A program made the position numbers and the translations under genes. Shown here in pieces: positions 46,839 to 50,389 of a stretch of DNA of 50,389 nt. Position 1 is the first letter of the stretch. The number at the start of each line of letters is the position of its first letter. The notes beneath the pieces are model-generated. The model had not been told where the DNA came from. It searched no databases and saw only the letters and a list, made by a program, of their open reading frames with translations. The DNA is taken from contig CAZHBD010000003.1 in NCBI GenBank assembly GCA_964530555.1, positions 1 to 50,389 of the forward strand, given 5' to 3'. Origin of the DNA: an uncultured Candidatus Saccharibacteria bacterium. Its GTDB lineage: Bacteria; Patescibacteriota; Saccharimonadia; Saccharimonadales; AWTP1-31.

Positions 46839-47825
46839 TTAGAGTACTTGATTGGCGTTGAGCTTAATGCTCGGACCCATCGAGGTGGTTACATAAGCGC
46901 TTTTTACGTAGACGCCCTTGACACTCGATGGCTTATTGCTCTTGATGCTCGCGAGTACAGCAACTGCGTTTTCTTCGAGCTTCTTGGCGTCAAAACTTAC
47001 TTTGCCAATGCCTAAGTGAATAATTCCTGTACTGTCAACGCGGTATTCAACTCGACCAGCCTTGGCTTCGCTAACGGCTTTGGTAACATCTGGCGTCACG
47101 GTACCGCTTTTAGGGTTAGGCATCAGACCACGTGGACCGAGTACGCGGGCATATTTTCCGAGTTTAGCCATCATGCTCGGCGTAGCAATCAGCACATCGA
47201 AGTCGAGCTGACCCTTGTCGAGCTTTTTGGTAATATCGTCTGCGCCAGCAATGTCTGCGCCCGCCTTCTTAGCCTTGGCAGCATCTTCAACATCGGCAAA
47301 AACAGCAATTCTGACAGTTTTACCTGTTCCTGCTGGTAGTACAAGGTTGTCTCGGATATTTTGGTCGGCTTGTCGTGGGTCAACGTTCAAGCGTACGTGT
47401 AGCTCAACGGCGGCATCAAACTTGGTGGTGCTTGTTTTAGTGGCGAGTACCAGAGCTTCACTGAGTGCGTACTCTTTGTCCTTAGCAACGAGTTTTGCAG
47501 CTTCACGGAACTTCTTGCCTTTGCGCTCCAGCAAACTTCGGGTCTTGGGTGCAGGCTTAGCCTTAGTTTTTTCGTCCTCGTGCGCTTTAGCCTCGGCTTT
47601 GCGCTCCTCTTTGGCTTGCTTTTCTTCGGCTTCTTTTACAGCTTTAGCGCTGCGCTTGCCGGCTTTTGCAGTCGACTTCTCAACTACTTCTTTTTCATCA
47701 CTTGCTTGACTCGCAGTGTCACGAGTTTCTTCAGTAGGCCCATCGACTACCTCCGTTTTATTGGTTACTTTTTCTTCTGCGTCGGCTGATTTATTCTTGG
47801 TTGCTGTTTTCTTGGCTTCTGCCAT
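46839..47825 (-). CDS. rplA: 50S ribosomal protein L1 with an N-terminal K/E/A-rich extension of about 100 aa
   Basis: Canonical L1 starts at ..[45 protein letters not shown] before the ATG at 47825. Confidence 0.92.
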   Translation of the reverse strand: MAEAKKTATKNKSADAEEKVTNKTEVVDGPTEETRDTASQASDEKEVVEKSTAKAGKRSAKAVKEAEEKQAKEERKAEAKAHEDEKTKAKPAPKTRSLLERKGKKFREAAKLVAKDKEYALSEALVLATKTSTTKFDAAVELHVRLNVDPRQADQNIRDNLVLPAGTGKTVRIAVFADVEDAAKAKKAGADIAGADDITKKLDKGQLDFDVLIATPSMMAKLGKYARVLGPRGLMPNPKSGTVTPDVTKAVSEAKAGRVEYRVDSTGIIHLGIGKVSFDAKKLEENAVAVLASIKSNKPSSVKGVYVKSAYVTTSMGPSIKLNANQVL

Positions 47826-47887
47826 CTGGTCTCCTTCGTGGTTCATGCGAGCTACTAACTCTCCCACAAACTAATAATAATTCGCAT

Positions 47888-47917
47888 ATTATACGCCAAT
47901 TTTAGTCTTTTAGCCAA
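47888..47917 (-). promoter_or_regulatory. sigma70-type promoter for rplA
   Basis: TTGGCT (47917-47912), an 18-nt spacer, then TATAAT (47893-47888), about 60 nt upstream of the rplA ATG. Confidence 0.45.
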
Positions 47918-47924
47918 TTCTTGC

Positions 47925-48200
47925 CTATTCGGATTGCGACAAGATGACCTCGCCTAATGCCACGAATAGATCGGCAGCTGCGGCTTCGAGATCTGTGGCA
48001 GCCTGACGCGCATCATAGCCAGCCAACTCTTTGAGTGTGGCAAGTAGGGTTGGAAGGTTCACAACAACTGCCATGGCAGAATTGAGAGTCGCTACTGTAT
48101 CTTCGACATCGATCTCTTGTCGGGTAGTCATGCTAGACTCGGGTGAAGTTCTTTCATTCATAGCATGCTTCTGGTTAGTTGTCTGCCGTAAAAGTGACAC
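47925..48200 (-). CDS. small hypothetical protein (78-91 aa, acidic, helical)
   Basis: ORF between rplK and rplA. The GTG start at 48200 overlaps the upstream ORF by 26 nt, and an alternative ATG lies at 48161. No motif. Confidence 0.45.
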   Translation of the reverse strand: MSLLRQTTNQKHAMNERTSPESSMTTRQEIDVEDTVATLNSAMAVVVNLPTLLATLKELAGYDARQAATDLEAAAADLFVALGEVILSQSE

Positions 48201-48420
48201 CGACTTCGCTCAGTCGGCCAATAAAATAGCCAGCTTGGTGACTGCTAAGCATGTTCTGTTGACGCACGAGTCGTACATAGTCAGCAATGCGGATCGATTG
48301 ATCTGCTAGTGCAGCATACGCAACAGAGCGATCACGCTCGGTATATAGCAAGTCTGGATGGTGCTGTTCCGCTTGAGTAACTGGCTCCACCCCTTCGCTG
48401 CTTTGACCGGAATACTGCAT
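48175..48420 (-). CDS. small hypothetical protein (81 aa) translationally coupled to rplK
   Basis: The ATG overlaps the rplK stop (TAATG at 48422-48418). Native CGN Arg codons. No motif. Confidence 0.55.
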   Translation of the reverse strand: MQYSGQSSEGVEPVTQAEQHHPDLLYTERDRSVAYAALADQSIRIADYVRLVRQQNMLSSHQAGYFIGRLSEVGVTFTADN

Positions 48421-48851
48421 TATTGCTCGATTTCGACGCCCATGCTCCGAGCCGTGCCAGCCACCATTTTCTTGACGGCAGCAACATCGTCGGTGTTCAT
48501 ATCTTTGGCTTTTTCTTCGGCAATCTCAGTGAGCGCTTGGTCGCTCAATTTCTTGTCAACCTTTTCACTGTTGGGCTTTCCCGAACCCTTCTGAATACCC
48601 AGTTTAGCTCGGATTAAATCGTCGGTTGGTTGGCTGACGACACGGAAATCCATGGTCCGATCATCATAAATGGTGATATGCGCAGTTACGGTGCCTTTCA
48701 TTTCCTTAGTGGCATCGTTAAAGGGTTGGATAAAATCCATCATATTCACACCGTACTGACCAAGAGTGCTACCAACCGGTGGTGCGGCGCTAGCTTTGCC
48801 AGCAGGAATTTTCATCTTCAGGTTAGCTTTAACCTGTTTTTTGTCTGCCAT
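48420..48851 (-). CDS. rplK: 50S ribosomal protein L11
   Basis: KMKIPAGKASAAPPVGSTLGQYGVNMMDF.. AAGGAGA SD 7 nt before the ATG at 48851. Confidence 0.95.
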   Translation of the reverse strand: MADKKQVKANLKMKIPAGKASAAPPVGSTLGQYGVNMMDFIQPFNDATKEMKGTVTAHITIYDDRTMDFRVVSQPTDDLIRAKLGIQKGSGKPNSEKVDKKLSDQALTEIAEEKAKDMNTDDVAAVKKMVAGTARSMGVEIEQ

Positions 48852-49035
48852 ACATTTTCTCCTTCGAGTATGGGACAAACCTGCGGTTTTTCCCATCGCG
48901 CCCGGCCAAAAAATGTGATTTTTAGCTCGGGCTACTCTTTTCCCTTAAAATTATGATTTGCCTTGCCGGTGAAGCGTCCGACTTGTGCGTAACCCAGTCA
49001 GTATATCAGAAACTTACCCCTGTTGTCTACTTATC

Positions 49036-49419
49036 TTACTGACGGCTTGCAATGCGATTATGGTGAGCTTCGCTGATCCAGTGGAGAGCGTGACGAACCA
49101 GTGCGAGTGCACCAACCCCAATTGGCACTGCGGAAACTTCGGCTATTGCATTACCGGATCCGATTAAACGCACTTCAACACAGGCTGCTAATACTGGCAG
49201 TGTAGAAACTGCTATAGCATCTCCCCAGCCTGCACCATGCCACACAGGTACATCTTTTCTCTCTGAACGTACATGAAATGTCCAGTCACGAGACGGCGAC
49301 ACAGTATCTTGGCCTGTTGTCTGGTTGGCTTGATCCGCGCGACGAGCACGAGCATAGATTGTAGGAGTATCAGGGACCGCTAAATCGTGAGAATGAGGGT
49401 TTGCTTCGGGGCTTACCAT
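49036..49419 (-). CDS. hypothetical protein (127 aa; hydrophobic C-terminal half) between nusG and rplK
   Basis: Strong AGGAGG SD 5 nt before the ATG, which lies 8 nt after the nusG stop. No motif. Confidence 0.55.
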   Translation of the reverse strand: MVSPEANPHSHDLAVPDTPTIYARARRADQANQTTGQDTVSPSRDWTFHVRSERKDVPVWHGAGWGDAIAVSTLPVLAACVEVRLIGSGNAIAEVSAVPIGVGALALVRHALHWISEAHHNRIASRQ

Positions 49420-49427
49420 ACAGCCTC

Positions 49428-49970
49428 CTACACTCGTTTAACTTGGAGGCTGTCGAGCTCAACCGGCGTTTCGCGCCCAAACATGTTGACCAAAACTTTG
49501 AGTTTACCCTTGGCTTCGTCAATTTCGTTAATTGAGCCATCAAAGCCTTTGAACGGTCCGTCCACGATGTTGACAACTTCGCCTTCTTTGAAGTCCATCT
49601 TGTGTTTTGGCTGAGAAAGTCCCATGCGCTTGTTGATCTTGTCCATTTCCTCTTGGCTGACTGGGGTTGGATCTGTTCCGCTCCCTACAAAGCCAGTAAC
49701 ACTTGGCGTATTACGGACAATATACCAAGCGTCTTCGCTCAGCTTCATTTGCACCAAGACATAACCCTGGAAGATACGCTTCTCGACGACCTTTCGTTTA
49801 CCATTTTTGATCTCGATCATCTTTTCTTTCGGTACGAGAACTTGGAAGATTTTATCCTTCATGTCGAGACTGTCGGCGCGTTGGCGGATGCTTTCTGCGA
49901 CTTTTTCTTCATAACCACTATAGGTGTGGATGGCGTACCATTGTTTGCTGGTGTCATAACGTTTTGTCAT
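49428..49970 (-). CDS. nusG: transcription termination/antitermination factor NusG
   Basis: NGN domain (WYAIHTYSGYEEKV) and KOW (GEVVNIVDGPFKGFDGSINEID). Confidence 0.96.
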   Translation of the reverse strand: MTKRYDTSKQWYAIHTYSGYEEKVAESIRQRADSLDMKDKIFQVLVPKEKMIEIKNGKRKVVEKRIFQGYVLVQMKLSEDAWYIVRNTPSVTGFVGSGTDPTPVSQEEMDKINKRMGLSQPKHKMDFKEGEVVNIVDGPFKGFDGSINEIDEAKGKLKVLVNMFGRETPVELDSLQVKRV

Positions 49971-49978
49971 ATGGGCTC

Positions 49979-50389
49979 CTATTTGAGTAGTACTTTCTTA
50001 AACAAGTTTTCAAGACCATAGTCGGTTACAGTTACAAGCAGACCGAACACTATGGCAAAAGCAAAGACGGCAACGGTGAGCTGCCATGTTTCACGTCGAC
50101 CGGGCCAGGTAACCTGACGAAGCTCCTTCCAAGAGTTGCGAAAATAGCGCAAGAAAAGGATAGCCGCCAGCACGCGACCAATTAACCGAGCTGGCCGGGT
50201 TTTAAATGGCCAAAGTAGAAATCGGAATGGGCGTGCGATTTTTTTGATGCCAACCCAGAGCTTTTTGAAAGGTACTGCGGCAGTAGACGCGGTCTTGCGT
50301 AAGACGCGTGGGTTTTTGTTTGCTTTGGCAGCAGCCTTTTCGGCCTTGGTACGAACCGTATCAGCTGGCTTACGTAAGCGAGGTGCTTT
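49979..50389 (-). CDS. secE: preprotein translocase subunit SecE, 5' end outside window
   Basis: The conserved C-terminal part is FLRYFRNSWKELRQVTWPGRRETWQLTVAVFAFAIVFGLL. The same frame stays open with no stop to the window edge, encoding a basic K/R/A-rich N-terminal extension. Confidence 0.8.
   Translation of the reverse strand, partial: KAPRLRKPADTVRTKAEKAAAKANKNPRVLRKTASTAAVPFKKLWVGIKKIARPFRFLLWPFKTRPARLIGRVLAAILFLRYFRNSWKELRQVTWPGRRETWQLTVAVFAFAIVFGLLVTVTDYGLENLFKKVLLK

Noticed and set aside
47215-47709. 164-aa ORF antisense to rplA. Similar long antisense ORFs occur at 31067-31540, 32722-33213, 39876-40436, 13272-13775, 1037-1627 and 2303-2744.
   Set aside because: All lie entirely inside strongly supported conserved genes on the opposite strand. 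They have S/A/R/L-rich low-complexity translations typical of antisense frames and lack an SD or promoter context.

Overview
Densely coded window of about 50 kb, roughly 48-50% GC. It uses the standard genetic code: conserved genes end at TGA, TAA and TAG at their expected lengths. No rRNA, CRISPR array, transposase or integrase was seen. The gene content and extreme compaction suggest a reduced-genome bacterium, possibly Patescibacteria/Saccharibacteria-like; this is inference only.

Layout:
- 1-6.9 kb: F1Fo ATP synthase operon (atpE' FHAGDC). It carries three unrecognisable, translationally coupled ORFs, two between gamma and beta and one between beta and epsilon.
- 7-11.2 kb: an aquaporin and a UvrD-type helicase fused to a RecB-type nuclease.
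- 11.2-25.9 kb: cell-envelope block. It holds a GtrB-like GT2, a polytopic membrane protein fused to a PIG-L/LmbE deacetylase, two tandem ATP-grasp ligase paralogs, tRNA-Gln(UUG), a PBP5-like DD-carboxypeptidase, CapA, a VanY-like M15 peptidase, an alpha/beta hydrolase, two GT4 enzymes and an AI-2E transporter.
- 25.9-34.1 kb: cysS, nrnA-like DHH, recR, ybaB, a membrane protein, dnaB and dnaX.
- 34.1-37.1 kb: ORFan island that is partly AT-rich.
- 37.1-50.4 kb: a fragmented secE-nusG-rplK-rplA...rplJ-rplL cluster (minus strand). It is interrupted by small coupled ORFans, a dTTP-synthesis module (dNMP-kinase-like, dcd, tmk-thyX fusion) and ilvE/ridA/ilvA.

Most notable points:
- The ORFan cassette inside the atp operon, which has foreign Arg codon usage.
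- A textbook-like Ile-rich leader-peptide attenuator in front of ridA-ilvA.
- An L10-leader terminator/antiterminator.
- Widespread apparently leaderless start sites.
- A candidate lipid-linked amino-sugar modification pathway.
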